Counted from the stretch's first letter, positions 32,196 to 44,048 are shown. The stretch: DNA of 64,000 bases from an uncultured Acidobacteriota bacterium (GCA_963827655.1 CAWHCF010000035.1:34010-98009); one strand, 5' to 3'. Numbers and translations: made by a program. Notes: generated from the sequence alone by a model not told the origin.

Positions 32196-33457
32196 TTATA
32201 CGATGCCGTCCAACGCCCTGCGGGCAACGCGGAGCACATTTTCGCCAAGCATCTTCCGGATAGCATCGTCGGAGTGGCCGCGGGCGACCAGGCCGACCGT
32301 GAACATCGGCCAGTTGGTCCAGGACAACTTGCGTGGCCGGTCCCCTCCAGAGCGCCTGGCGGCCAGAAATATTCAAAGCGGGTGCGTGCCGGCGGGCGTT
32401 TAGGCATTTTCGTACGTGTCATTTCCGCGTAACTGGAATTGTGCGCAATATCGGTGCCGATGGCCACGTGGTCGGCGCCGAACCGTTTCACAATGTGGTC
32501 GATGTGGTCGAGCATGGCATTGACGTCGCTGGTGCGCCCGAGAAATTGCGGAATACAGCAAATGCCTACGTAACCGCCGGTGTCGGCGATTGCTCGGATG
32601 ACCTCGTCGGGCTTCCCGCGAATATGGTTGTGAACAGCGGCTGCGGCTGAGTGGCTGGCCACGATCGGACGCCGTGACGTCCTGGCAGCTTCCAGGCTGG
32701 TCCGCCAGCCGGAATGGGCGACATCGACGATGATACCTACCCGGTTCATTTCGGCGATGGCCGCGCGACCGAAGTCGCTCAGCCCGCCATTTGCAGGCTC
32801 GGCGCAGCCGTCGCCCAGCATGTTACGGCGGTTATAGGTGACGTGGAGCATGCGCATGCCAAGCTGAAAAAGGACACGAATATGGCTCAGTTCGTCTTCG
32901 ACCGACGCCCAGCGCTGGGCGAGCGGCACGCCGTTTCCCGTAAAGTAAAGGCAGCGCCGGTTCTGCTTCTTGGCGAGGACAATGTCATCGGGCGTGACGG
33001 CCTTGTAGACGAAATCGCGCAACCTGTCGGTAACGTAGGTGAAGCGGGCCATACGCTTGATGAGGCGCATCGGGTCCTGGCCCTCCTCGCCCGCGCTTTC
33101 CTGGACGCAGGTTACTCCGGCCGCTTTCCAGGCGTCCATGTACTCGGTTCGCTCCGCGGCGCTGGTGACGCAGCCGGCCACGCGCATCTCTTCCAGGAGA
33201 TCATCCAACTCACTCGGCGAGGCGCCGGCAGCAATCGCCCGAGCGAAGGCATCCGGATCCGGCGCAGCCCGAGGGGAAAAACCGTAGGAATCTATCACGA
33301 GCGCGTCGGCGTGTAATGCTAGCCCGTGCTCCAGTTCCCGGCGGCTGGGCTTGAGAACGGCGAGGGCGGCCTCGCGTGCATGCTCGATCTGCGAATTAGG
33401 CCTGGAGAGTTGGAATGCGGCTCCCAGGGACAAGCCAACGAACTCACGCCGGTTCAC
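32196..33457 (-). CDS. Tat-exported membrane dipeptidase (peptidase M19); frameshift near the 3' end
   Basis: NRREFVG Tat motif, TYNRRNMLGDG, GLSDFG, VDVAHS, ASHS, HVAIGTD. Confidence 0.88.
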
Positions 33458-33489
33458 GAGTGGTCCCTCCGCAGGTGTGTACCCTGTTA

Positions 33490-33575
33490 GGGGCAAAGAA
33501 GAATAGCTTATCCTTTGAAATGGGACCTCCTAACGTGCCGCCAAACTGGTTCCGTTTCAGCGAGTCGCGCGACGG
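33490..33575 (-). pseudogene. Short remnant of a TonB-dependent receptor gene
   Basis: RDSLKRNQFGGTLGGPISKDKLFFF with no flanking receptor sequence. Confidence 0.7.
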
Positions 33576-33839
33576 GCGAAGAAGTTGCGTGCGCGATTCT
33601 ACCAAAGCGCCAGTGATCCAGGGGTGTAAAATGTCAGTCAACGACGCGAGGGGACTCGAAAGGGCGTCGGAAGTTAAAAAACAACTCGGAAGTTCGGGAC
33701 GCCATTTTAGTCGGCTGCAAGGCAAAAACGTGGCTAATCTGGTCCGCCAAGATCGACACGCTGCGCGCGGATCAGCGGTCGACCTGCCGGGATTCCTTAG
33801 CGGTAGTCGTTGGGATGAAATCCGGAGAGCAGCGACGAG

Positions 33840-34529
33840 ATGCGGCTTGAGACCTTTTTGGATCGGCTACACGCGCGGGCGGTGACCAATCGCTGGCTCG
33901 TGCTCTTCACGGCCGGAACGCGCGCATTGCTGGGTCTGGCGTTCCTGCCGTCAGGATTCACGAAGGTCATCGGCCATCGTTTCACCACGCTTCCCACCAC
34001 GGACCCCGTGGGCTACTTCTTCGATGCGTTTTTTCAGGCGGAGGTGTTTTACCGCTTCGTCGGCGTCGCACAGCTGTTCGCCGCGCTGCTGCTGCTCCAT
34101 CCCTCCACATCCGCTCTGGGGGCGGTGCTCTACTTCCCGGTCATTCTGAATATCTTTGTTATTACCGTTGCAGTCGATTTCGAAGGGACGGCAGTGGTCA
34201 CTGGTCTTATGACGCTGGCGTCTCTGTATCTGCTGTGCTGGCACTACGACCAATGGAAGACACTGCTGCCCGGTTTTGGCGTCTATCCACCAGTCGCTAA
34301 ATCATCGGAACCTGGCGCCCTCACGTTTGCGCTGACAGTGGCCGCCGTGCTCGGCTTCGCCGGACTGACCGGCGTGCATCTCGCGCGGCTGCGGCACGCG
34401 CCGATGCAGAAGCCGCTGCTCCTCATGCTGAGCGGCGCCGGCCTCGGAGTGATTAGCGCCTGGCTCTACCTGCGGTCCAGGTCGAAGGCGAACGCCCCTC
34501 GTGCTGATGCGCACACCCTGAGTACATGA
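33840..34529 (+). CDS. DoxX-like membrane protein
   Basis: RALLGLAFLPSGFTKV, FYRFVGVAQL, LGAVLYFPVILNI; multiple TM segments. Confidence 0.75.
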   Translation: MRLETFLDRLHARAVTNRWLVLFTAGTRALLGLAFLPSGFTKVIGHRFTTLPTTDPVGYFFDAFFQAEVFYRFVGVAQLFAALLLLHPSTSALGAVLYFPVILNIFVITVAVDFEGTAVVTGLMTLASLYLLCWHYDQWKTLLPGFGVYPPVAKSSEPGALTFALTVAAVLGFAGLTGVHLARLRHAPMQKPLLLMLSGAGLGVISAWLYLRSRSKANAPRADAHTLST

Positions 34530-34630
34530 AGGACCACATCCGTTCTCACCCGAGACATCAGTCGAGTCCTTCGACGGCGTCTGCGGCTGGGAATGCATAC
34601 TTGTATAGTGGATTCAGTGCAGGAGCCGTC

Positions 34631-35098
34631 ATGCGGGTGAAGGCACCGAGGCCCCTTCTGATCTTTGAAGCGGTGCTGTTGTTATGTGCAATTCTGCTTG
34701 TGGGGTACAAATGGGCAACACGAGTTCGTCCTCTCCCAATCGACCAGGCAAAGACTTGGAAGAAGAAATCTCCTGAGGCTCAGATCCAGGATTATTACCG
34801 ACAGTATCCGGAAAGTTACATTCGCATCTCGAAAGAAACCTGGCGGCTTGACCCCGCCTCCCGGACTGCAGTCCACTCTTTCATCCTGAAGAACACTGCC
34901 CAAGTTTCGTATTCCGACATTGAGATCCGCTTCACCTATGAATCGTCGAGCGGAAAGACGCTTCAAAGCCAGACTGTTAAGATCCCTGGTACTCTATCTC
35001 CTGGAGCTACGAGGGGAATAGAAGCTGTCAGGGTGCGCAACGTTCCCGCCGCTTCAGCGCGTGTTCTAATGAACGTAGCAAAGGCTTCAGTCTTATAA
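34631..35098 (+). CDS. Membrane-anchored hypothetical protein (Ig-like/FxLYD-like fold)
   Basis: AGGAG RBS, N-terminal TM, beta-rich LKNT...DIEIRFTY...LSPG. Confidence 0.6.
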   Translation: MRVKAPRPLLIFEAVLLLCAILLVGYKWATRVRPLPIDQAKTWKKKSPEAQIQDYYRQYPESYIRISKETWRLDPASRTAVHSFILKNTAQVSYSDIEIRFTYESSSGKTLQSQTVKIPGTLSPGATRGIEAVRVRNVPAASARVLMNVAKASVL

Positions 35099-35192
35099 GT
35101 AGAGGTTTTATTCCCGTGTTTTCGTGCACGGGCGACGGCTGCTCGCGCGGTCAGGATGCATCTGTCACAAGGAGAAAAATCATCGCAATTCC

Positions 35193-36446
35193 TTACTTGG
35201 CGGGAACGCGGTTGCCGGCGATCCATACCGAGTCAATCTTTCGAGTGTTCTTGATATCATCGAGCGGATTGGCGCTCAGCACCAGGAAGTCGCCCCACTT
35301 CCCCGCTGCCAGCGTGCCCAGCCGATCGTCCATCTTCAGGCAGCGCGCTGCCGTCCCTGTCGCGGAAACCAGTGTCTGCATCGGTGTCATTCCCGCCCTG
35401 GTCATGTATTCGAGCTCGAGGTGCTCGAAGTACCCCTGGAAGCGGTAGGGCGGTCCGGTGTCCGTCCCCATCGCCACAGGCACTCCGGCATCGTGTACCT
35501 TCTTCATGTTTCGCATTGCGACCGGAAGATGCTCCTTGTACCAGTTGGCGGCCTTGTTGCCGCGCATGGCTTCCTGGAACTGCGGTTCCTGGGCCTTGGT
35601 CAACTCGGCCTTGTTTGCATCCTTCAGGAGGAACGGATCGCTCAGGAACGACGGAGCCTCGCCGTAGACGAATGTGGAAACCTCACGCAAGAATGTCGGG
35701 GTATAGAAGGCATTGTTCTTCTTGAGCAGCGCGATCGTTTCGTCGTCGATCTCCTGGTCGCGGACGCTATGGGCAATGATGTCGGCGCCGGCGCGCAGCA
35801 CTCCCTTCGCGTCCGCCAGCTTGACGATGTGGACTGCGACCCGCATACCCTTCTTGTGCGCCTCGTCAATGATCGCCCCATAGACTTCCGGAGACATTGC
35901 TACGCCAGCGCCGAGGTTGTCATCGACGCGGATCTTGACGATGTCGGTCTTTGACGCGGCAAGGGCAGCCACCGCCTTGCGCGCCTCCTCAGGCGTCTTC
36001 GAGACCGGGATCGGTCCGGCAATAAAGAGCCGCGCGCGCGTCAGTGCCGGCGTCTGCTGTTCATTTCGGCTCTGGTCTCGGAACTCGACCTCCCGATCGC
36101 CGCCCAGGCTGAACACGGACGTGACGCCGTAGCGGGCGTAAAGGCCGAGCTGGCTGATGTCGTTCACGTGGCCATGGGTGTTGATCAGTCCGGGGATGAT
36201 GGTCTTGCCGCTAACATCGATCTGCTCGACGCCGGCAGGGACTTTCACGGACCCGATCGCGTCGATGCGCCCGTCTCGCACGAGCAGGTTCGCTTTTTCC
36301 ATTGGGGCCTTGCCGGTGCCGTCAATGATGCGCGCGCCCACAAAAGCCTTGGTATTGGATGCCTGGCCTGCAGCCCATATCATTGCATACAGACTCATGC
36401 AGGCGGCGATCAGCAGGACTCGTAGTTTCGTTTTCGTGATTAGCAT
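35193..36446 (-). CDS. Exported amidohydrolase (imidazolonepropionase-like)
   Basis: IIPGLINTHGH, VAVH, IAHS, MGTD, GTLAAGKWGDF. Confidence 0.9.
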   Translation of the reverse strand: MLITKTKLRVLLIAACMSLYAMIWAAGQASNTKAFVGARIIDGTGKAPMEKANLLVRDGRIDAIGSVKVPAGVEQIDVSGKTIIPGLINTHGHVNDISQLGLYARYGVTSVFSLGGDREVEFRDQSRNEQQTPALTRARLFIAGPIPVSKTPEEARKAVAALAASKTDIVKIRVDDNLGAGVAMSPEVYGAIIDEAHKKGMRVAVHIVKLADAKGVLRAGADIIAHSVRDQEIDDETIALLKKNNAFYTPTFLREVSTFVYGEAPSFLSDPFLLKDANKAELTKAQEPQFQEAMRGNKAANWYKEHLPVAMRNMKKVHDAGVPVAMGTDTGPPYRFQGYFEHLELEYMTRAGMTPMQTLVSATGTAARCLKMDDRLGTLAAGKWGDFLVLSANPLDDIKNTRKIDSVWIAGNRVPAK

Positions 36447-36479
36447 CTTTGTCTCCTGACCACGAATTATTTTCGGATT

Positions 36480-38319
36480 CTATTTCCAACGCTCATCGAA
36501 GAAGCCCGAAAACACGGCCTCGCGCGTGGCGAGAGCCATCACGGCGTAGTCTCCCAGGTGAGGATAGAGGTTGGCGTTGGTTCCTCGCCAGTCGGAATCA
36601 CTGAAGGTGTGGCCGCTGTTGATCACGACATAGCGGTTCGGATTCAGCGGATTAGGATAGATCAACGCAGGAACATGGCTGTTGGTGGAGAACGTTTGCC
36701 CTCCGACGGTTATCTCTTCCTTGGTCCACTTGACCGGCAGTTTGCCGATCACTCTTGCGATAACGCTGTTGCTCCAGGGATCGCCGAAGAGGATCAGGTT
36801 GTGCTCGGCAATATCCGCCGGAGAAATCGCGCGATCGTCTTTAACGCGCGGGTCGCCGCGCAGCCACTTGGCAAATGCTCTGGTAAAAGCTGTTGAGTTC
36901 CTGGACGGCGTACTCGGTCGCCGCGGTTCCTTTGCCGGTCGGTCGGACGCAGAGGAAGGATTCCATGAAGGCATCATCGATCGGTCCCTGCAATGCATGG
37001 CGCTTGTGAAGTCCCTTGAGCGACGCAGCCGCCACCCACTTTCCGTTGGCCTTATTGAACACGCCCGCGCCTGGAAAATCCTGGCCGTCCAGTGTGACAG
37101 GGCCGCTTCCGTCAATTCTGATTCGAGCGACGTTCTTGGTGGCTACCGTTGTGCGACTCGCTTCCCGGGTGCTGTCTACCTCGGCCCGCTGGTAGTGTTT
37201 TTCCAACCCTTCGACCGTGATCCAGAAACAGCGATTGAATCGGGTTGTGTAGGTAACAAACCGGATGCGGGGCGGAGGAGTAAGTCCTTTGGCCAACACT
37301 TGGTCGATAAAGTGATCCGATTCTTTCTTCGACGCGCGGTGCCAGCTATGACCGGTCTGCGGCCCGACCAGGAACAGGGCGCGGATATCGGCGAGGTTGA
37401 TACCTTCCTTGACCAGCTGCTCCTTGATATTCAGCGACGCCTGAAGCTGCGCATCGATTTCGCCGCCGTATGCGACAAAGGGTAGATTGGTTCCGTTCAG
37501 GCTGTAGTCGACGGCGTCGTAGTAGTGCAGGGCGGCTTCCTGGTACGCGGGCAGGCTGGACTTTTTTGCGTAGATCTTCGTCTCCGTGTAACCGGCGCCT
37601 GCCTCGAACGCGGCCCAGCGGTCCGGGTGGTGCAGCCCGAGGTGCCATGCGCCGGCGCCCCCCATCGAAAAGCCGCGTATCGTGATGCGCCTCGGATCGA
37701 TCTTGTAGCGCTCCCGAACCGACTGGATCGCCTCGAACACATCTGTCTCTCCCGCCCAGCGGTAAGAATTGTTGCTGCGCCCGTAGACGTCGAGCTGGAT
37801 ATAGCTTTGCTCCGGCGGGACCGGTGCGGCCGACTCGTGCTGAGTGATGAACAAGACTTCGTTAAGATTCCGGTTCATCCCATGCAGCCATACATCGAGC
37901 CGGATCGGCTGGCTGGAGTAAGAATCTGGAATGATCAGGCCGTACGGTTGCACGCTCCCGTCGACGGCGGATACAAAGGCCCGCACCAGGCGCCCCTTGC
38001 TCCTGGTCCAGGAAGGAGAGCCGGCCTGGAGTTCTTTGGCCCGGACGATGCCTTTATCGAGGATGGCGAGCGTGTTAGTCACGAACTCCCGGGTAATGAA
38101 CTCCTCGGGATGGCGAACTATGAATTCTGCGGCTTTGCGGTAGATCGCGACCTCGGCGTACAGCGGATCCCGCTCGAGCTTCTTCAGGGCGTCATCCAGC
38201 TCGGCTGATTTGGATTGGACCTGGCGCAGCTCCGCCTCGGTCGGCTGGTACGACTCCGGCCGCTGTTGTTGCGCCGCCGCGAGCGCGACTGAAAGAACAA
38301 AGTACAGTAAGGTACGCAC
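36480..38319 (-). CDS. Exported alpha/beta hydrolase (S9/esterase-like); frameshift ~36870
   Basis: DGSVQPYG, VWLHG, GFSMGG nucleophile elbow; C-terminal part in ORF 36480-37115. Confidence 0.85.
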
Positions 38320-38534
38320 CTGAGCAAATCCCTGTAATCCGTGGCGAGATGATCCTAGGCGAATGGCGCGAAGAAAGGAAGAATTTCAATCGGATTCTTG
38401 CGCTGCGACGACACGGCGCAAGAACACGGTCGCGTATTGCGACAGGCTCTTTGGAGTGCGCAAGTTTGCTCTGAACCAAGTAGTGCCGCGCCTTCGGCGC
38501 TCAGGGTCTGCGTTTGCTGTTGTCCCGGCCTCAC

Positions 38535-38739
38535 GAGACTGTCTCAAAAACCTGCCAATACATGTGCCGACGGGCTATCGAAGCCCGTCCGGCTACCTGC
38601 GCGCACAAATGACCTTCTTCGGCTGAAGTCATACCGATTAAGTTATTTGCGACGGGCCTGATGGCCCATCGCCACAGGGTACTCGGAAGACAGTCCGAGC
38701 GAATCTACCGGGGAGAGCCGAGCTTTTCGAGACAATCTC
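38535..38739. mobile_element. 205-bp MITE inserted in a REP-like hairpin loop
   Basis: TIRs GAGACTGTCTCAAAAA (38535-38550) and TTTTCGAGACAATCTC (38724-38739), 14/16 match; flanks CCCGGCC-TCAC and TTAC-GGCCGGG. Confidence 0.7.
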
Positions 38740-38840
38740 TTACGGCCGGGATTGAATTACCGGTTATAGGAGCGCCGAAGGCGCGGCACATATCAAACAA
38801 TCAGGTCGGCTACCTCTAAGGTTCAGAGTTTGCTTGCGGC

Positions 38841-39533
38841 CTAGGCCTTCCATTCCGTTGCCGAAGTCATGCGCCACAGGGGTATCAGATCTTTGAACAC
38901 TTTCTCCACCGTCCTGACGAAGTCGGCCTTGGTCGCGTCCGCCGGCTTCATCTTCTTCCGTACAATCCACGCCTGCAGTTTCTCCCATTCGTCCGAGGTC
39001 AACGGCCAGCCCTCCCGCTTGTTCCACTCTTTCTTTTCCGTCAGGTGCCAATAGCTTTCGTAGGCGCGGCCCAGCTTCTTAGCCTGAGCCGCGAGCCAAC
39101 GAGAATTTTCACAAGCGCGTGGCCGCGCCACCTCTGCCAGCGGCCCCTTTTTTCGCTCACCAAAGATACGAAAGCCTGCGGTCACCACCGCCGATGTGAC
39201 CCCGACGTAAAACTGGCCTGCCTCGCTCCCCTTGGGCGCCGGCTCGGAAAACATCAGGTACATTTGCGCCCGGTAGGGCGACTTGTCCTTGGCGAATCGG
39301 ATATCACGGTTGATCCGGGAAAAATTCTGGCCTGTCCGACCACCGGTATCGAACGCCGGGTTCAGCTTGTGAACCGCCGGAGTCAGTTCTTCGAGCAAAC
39401 GGCGAAACGGCGCCACAACGAAGTCTTCATATCGATCCCGGTTTTCATGCATCCACTCCTTCCGGTTGTTTCGTTCGAGATCACGGAAGAAGACAAAGGT
39501 CTCCTTGGTGAAAATTCCTTTCTTATCCGGCAT
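38841..39533 (-). CDS. DUF2461 family protein
   Basis: FFRDLERNNRKEW, SRINRDIRFAKDKSPY. Confidence 0.88.
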   Translation of the reverse strand: MPDKKGIFTKETFVFFRDLERNNRKEWMHENRDRYEDFVVAPFRRLLEELTPAVHKLNPAFDTGGRTGQNFSRINRDIRFAKDKSPYRAQMYLMFSEPAPKGSEAGQFYVGVTSAVVTAGFRIFGERKKGPLAEVARPRACENSRWLAAQAKKLGRAYESYWHLTEKKEWNKREGWPLTSDEWEKLQAWIVRKKMKPADATKADFVRTVEKVFKDLIPLWRMTSATEWKA

Positions 39534-39839
39534 AAAGACTCCCGCAAATCAGGGGCAACTGTCCTGGGCTGCCCAGACGATAGCATAACCTCATCATCAT
39601 TTGGTGAGGCTGATTGTGCACGCGCATCGGCTCAATCTTGAGGCATAATGCGAGGCCGCTCGCGGCTGCGCGCTGCGAGTCGAGAGCCTGCTTTAGGGCG
39701 CGCTCGTCAACAAACGGAAGCCACGGATTACACGGATTGAGATTAATGAGAGCCCGTGAAATCTGTGGCGGGTCCTTGTTTGCGATCGGACGGCTGTTCC
39801 AGTCTCTTGGGGCAGTGCGACGGAAGCATAAAGGTGCGT

Positions 39840-41186
39840 GTGACAGAATCCCGCTACAAATGGGTGGTTATTGCACTGCTCTGGTTTGTCTGCCTGTTTA
39901 ACTATGCGGACCGGCAGGGCATTTTCTCGGTATTTCCGCTATTGAAGGCGGAGATGGGGTTGACCGATGTCGAGCTTGGCATAGTAGGGGCCGCCTTCAT
40001 GTGGGTATATGCGGCGGCTGCGCCTCTTGCCGGCATCGTCGGCGATCGATTCAAGAGAAAAACGCTGATCATAGGCGGCCTCATTTTCTGGTCTCTTATT
40101 ACCATTGCCACGGCCGCCTCCACCAATTACCTGCACCTCGTGATCTTCCGGGCGCTGGAAGGGCTCGGCGAAGCCTTCTACTTCCCTGCCTCCATGTCAC
40201 TCATCAGCGACTACCACGGGCGAGACACGCGGTCTCGCGCCATGTCCATTCATCAATCGAGCGTCTATGTCGGCACCGTGCTGGGAGGAACTCTCGCCGG
40301 CGTGCTTGGTCAGTACTACGGATGGCGCTCCAGCTTTTACCTGTTTGGCGCCGCGGGCATCCTGCTCGGGATTGTCTTGCTCTGGATGCTCCGCGAGCCC
40401 CAACGGAGCAAGTCTCAGGTCCCCGAGATAATGGCAGAGGCCCGATCGGCGATCGCCGCCGGGAACTCTGGTTTATGGCGATCGATCACTGAAGTCTTCG
40501 GACATCCGATGGTGCGCATTCTCATGACGGTCTTTGTTGGAGCTAATTTCGTCGCGATGATTTTCCTCACCTGGATGCCCTCGTTTCTCTTCCGCAAGTT
40601 CGGCATGAGTCTCTCGATGTCGGGGTTCAGTGGCACGGCCTATCTTCAAACAGCTTCGATCCTGGGCGTCATCAGCGGCGGCATCCTGGCCGATCGCCTG
40701 GTCCGGCAATATAAAGGAGGGAGGATGATGACCCAGGCCCTGGGTCTCCTGGCCGGAGTTCCCTTCATCTTTCTGACGGGCTGGACCCTTTCGGTCCCCT
40801 TGTTAATTGCGGCGATGGCCGGTTTCGGCTACTTCAAGGGCATTTATGACGCCAATATCTGGGCGTCGCTTCACGACGTGGTCCGGCCCGAACGGCGCGC
40901 TACCGCCGTTGGATTGATGAATGCGGTCGGCTGGATAGGCGGAAGTACAGCCCCGGTCGCCATTGCTGCGGCCTCGCAACACTTCGGTATGAGCGCTTGC
41001 ATCAGCGCCAATTCTCTTATCTACCTGCTGTTTGGTATCCTGCTGGTCTACGGTGTTTTCATGCACATGCGCGGCAGGCCGCAGTCCCGGGAGCCTGTCG
41101 CCTCACTCGAAGGCGTGATCGCAACGGTGAAAGAATATAGAATGAGGATACTCCCGCGGTTGGAGGGTCTTTTCGAGGCAACATAG
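39840..41186 (+). CDS. MFS transporter
   Basis: FNYADRQ, GIVGDRFKRK, RALEGLGE, GILADR; about 12 TM segments. Confidence 0.93.
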   Translation: MTESRYKWVVIALLWFVCLFNYADRQGIFSVFPLLKAEMGLTDVELGIVGAAFMWVYAAAAPLAGIVGDRFKRKTLIIGGLIFWSLITIATAASTNYLHLVIFRALEGLGEAFYFPASMSLISDYHGRDTRSRAMSIHQSSVYVGTVLGGTLAGVLGQYYGWRSSFYLFGAAGILLGIVLLWMLREPQRSKSQVPEIMAEARSAIAAGNSGLWRSITEVFGHPMVRILMTVFVGANFVAMIFLTWMPSFLFRKFGMSLSMSGFSGTAYLQTASILGVISGGILADRLVRQYKGGRMMTQALGLLAGVPFIFLTGWTLSVPLLIAAMAGFGYFKGIYDANIWASLHDVVRPERRATAVGLMNAVGWIGGSTAPVAIAAASQHFGMSACISANSLIYLLFGILLVYGVFMHMRGRPQSREPVASLEGVIATVKEYRMRILPRLEGLFEAT

Positions 41187-41200
41187 GAGCAAGGAAAAAC

Positions 41201-42437
41201 ATGAGACTTCTCTTGATGGTCACAGCGCCCGCGCTGTTTCAACTGGCGCTCATGGCGCAGGTTCGCCCCGTTACCCCGAAGTCGGGGCCGCCGCCCGTCG
41301 GTCCTTACACACCGGGCCTGAGCACCGATGATTACCTGTACGTTTCAGGTCAAGGCGCGCGCCGGGCGGACGGCAGCATGCCCACTGCCTTCGAAGATCA
41401 CGTGCGGCAGACGATGGAAAACGTGAAAGCGATCGTCGAGGCGGACGGTCTGACCATGGAGCATGTCGTTTACATGCACGTGTACCTGACCGACATCGGA
41501 AAGTTCGCGGAAATGAACCGCGTCTACGCGACCTACTTCCCCCAGGCGCCGCCGGCGCGTGCCACTCTGGGAGTCGCGAAGCTTCCTGCGGCGAATGTGG
41601 TCGAGATTACCGCAGTAGCCGTTCGCAACCTTGCGAACAAGAAGGTCGTACAGTTGGCGGGCTACAATCCCGGCGAACCCGTATCGGCCGGCATCTTGAC
41701 TCACGATCGACTGTTTGTTTCGGGGATGCGAGGGCGCGACCTGGCGACAGGAAAGGTCCCCGGACGATCCCGCGGCCCAGGTGGACCTCGCTTTGAACGG
41801 CATGAAGGCTGTTTGTGAAGCCGCCGGCCTTACCATGGCTCACATGGTGTTTGTGAATCCCTACTTGACGGGCAAGATTCCGTCAAACGTCATGAACACG
41901 CTCTACGCCAAGCGGTTCGAGTTCGGCAACACCCCGGCGCGGGCGACGATCCGCGTTTCGAGTCTGCCGGAAGACTCGCAGATCGAGTTCACAGGCGTGG
42001 CCGTGCGCGACCTGAGCCGGCGCAAAGCCGTTCGGCCGAAGAACATGGCTCCCAGCGCCACGGCGAGCCCTTGCGTGTTTGCGGGCGACACGCTCTATTG
42101 CTCCGCCAAGAGCGGATTCATCCCGGGACAGAACGGCGGGATCTTCGCTGCGACAGTCGACCACCAGCTTCGACAGACAATGCGAAACCTGCTCGACAAT
42201 CTCGAGGAAGCCGACATGGAGTTCAGCCAGGTTGTCGCCACCAATGTCTACCTGGACAACATCTCCGACTTTGACGCCATGAACAAGGTTTACGCGAAGT
42301 ACTTTGCCAAGGCTACGCCACCGACCCGAACGACCGTTCAGCAGTTGGAACCCGCCGATCGAAAGCCGGACGAGGAGGGGCGCTATTCGACCCTTGAGCA
42401 GATTTCTCTCATTGCCATCCGCCCGGCCAAGCGCTAA
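41201..42437 (+). CDS. Signal-peptide-bearing protein with three tandem RidA/YjgF domains; frameshift ~41760
   Basis: LYVSGQ...PPARAT, LFVSGM...TPARAT, LYCSAK...PPTRTT. Confidence 0.85.
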
Positions 42438-42509
42438 GCAACCCGGGCTGCGACACAAATACCACCAGGACGCGAAGACACAAAGAAACACTAAGAAACA
42501 AGAAAACTC

Positions 42510-43337
42510 TATATCTTGGTGGAAGCTGCGGGCCCAGACCGAGCGCGTCATCATCACGAGCGGCACTGCCACCAAAACCGCAGTCGCTCCGAACCATGCC
42601 CACGCATCGAGCAGCGCCTCCGGCGTCAGCCCTGCCACACGCGCGGAAACCTGCTCAACGAAGTAGAAGGGGGCATTTATCGCAGCGTGGGCAAACGCTA
42701 CTGGTAGAACGCTTCCCCGTGCCCGCACCCAGAGCAGAGTGAATATCACGGAGCCGGCGCCAAGTACCGCGACGGCAGGACCGGCGTAGCGTGGCCCCAG
42801 GAATGCGAACTTCGGGAGGTGCCACACTGCCCAGGCGGCAAAGGTGAGGGTCGTCGCCCATCCCAGGGAATAGCGGCGGGAAAGGCGGGGCAACAGCCAA
42901 CCGCGCCAACCCAGCTCTTCACCCACGCCGACGAAGGAGAATTGAAGTGCAAGGTGCGCCGCCAGCAGCGGCCACGATTCGGCTACGATCCTCCATACTG
43001 CCTTTGGTGCGATTCCCGCCGCCACGAGACTTCCCATGGTTGCGAGCGTTGCCGCCAGGGGCAACGCGACGTACCAGAGAGGAAACGGAGAACGCGGAGC
43101 CAGTCGGGCAAGCAGCGCCTGGCGGCCACTAGCGCCATTGACCGCCCCGGCGACAATAAGCGCTGCAAGAGCCGGACCCCAGGTCACCACGGCCCCGGCG
43201 ATGTAGGGTCCGACGGCACCGGCTGAAGCCAGCCTCGTCCTCAGGAACGAGGTTGCCGCGATCCCCCCGATCCAGGAAATGGCGTAAGCACACGCAATGA
43301 AGGTGACGGTGGGGCGACTGATCAGCCAACGCGGCAT
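42510..43337 (-). CDS. CPBP (Abi/CAAX) intramembrane metalloprotease; 3' end uncertain
   Basis: GEELGWRGWL, WAVWHLP, AFAHAAIN; the reading frame runs on through a repeat into the RidA gene. Confidence 0.82.
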
Positions 43338-43405
43338 CTGACTTGCCGGCCTCCCCTGGAATCCGGTCGCCATTCCCACTGCGACGGGCAAACCCGAGGT
43401 TTATT

Positions 43406-43978
43406 TTAATGCTTCACGCGATAACGCAGCAGCATGAACCCGTTGTTGAAAATTCTGCTGTCAGTAAGTTCCAAACCAGTCGGCTGGATCACACCGGAAA
43501 ACAGTGGAATGCCGGAGCCGAGGAGAACCGGATTCACCTTCAGGATGATCTCGTTGATCTCCGGAAAAAGGACGGCGGCCAGATCGCCGCCGCCGCAAAG
43601 CCAGACGTCCTTCCCCGGCTGCTTCTTCAAGCTTTTGACCAGCGCGAGGGCGTCTCCCGAGACGAGTTCAACATTCTGATCGGGGCTCTCGTTCAGAGTG
43701 CGCGAAAAGACATACTGCTTCAGGTGCGGGTAAGGGTTGGTCACACCGATCTTCAGTCCAACCTCGTACGTCCTGCGTCCCATCAGAACGGCATCAAACC
43801 ACTTGTTCTCGGCACGGACACCCAGGGCGTCGCGCAGGTGAGCCGGAAAGGTCTCGGGAAAGGAATCAATCAAATACGCGAAGTGCTCGCCTTCAGTGAG
43901 GAAAAAATCGAACGAGCCGTCCTCACGGGAAATAAACCGATCGACCGTACAGGCCACGTAATACTTGAGTTCACGCAT
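43406..43978 (-). CDS. Dihydrofolate reductase-family (RibD C-terminal) protein
   Basis: LMGRRTY, VWLCGGGDLA, PVLLGSGIPLF. Confidence 0.92.
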   Translation of the reverse strand: MRELKYYVACTVDRFISREDGSFDFFLTEGEHFAYLIDSFPETFPAHLRDALGVRAENKWFDAVLMGRRTYEVGLKIGVTNPYPHLKQYVFSRTLNESPDQNVELVSGDALALVKSLKKQPGKDVWLCGGGDLAAVLFPEINEIILKVNPVLLGSGIPLFSGVIQPTGLELTDSRIFNNGFMLLRYRVKH

Positions 43979-44048
43979 GAGACAATTCTCTCCTCAGAAG
44001 CAATTGGCGAGCTGTCGCCACTGCAAAACAAGCGCTCCACGAGCGCGC

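Noticed and set aside
41883-42500. 502-aa extended Abi protease overlapping the RidA gene
   Set aside because: The extension crosses a repeat and lies antisense to a real gene; likely a lost stop codon
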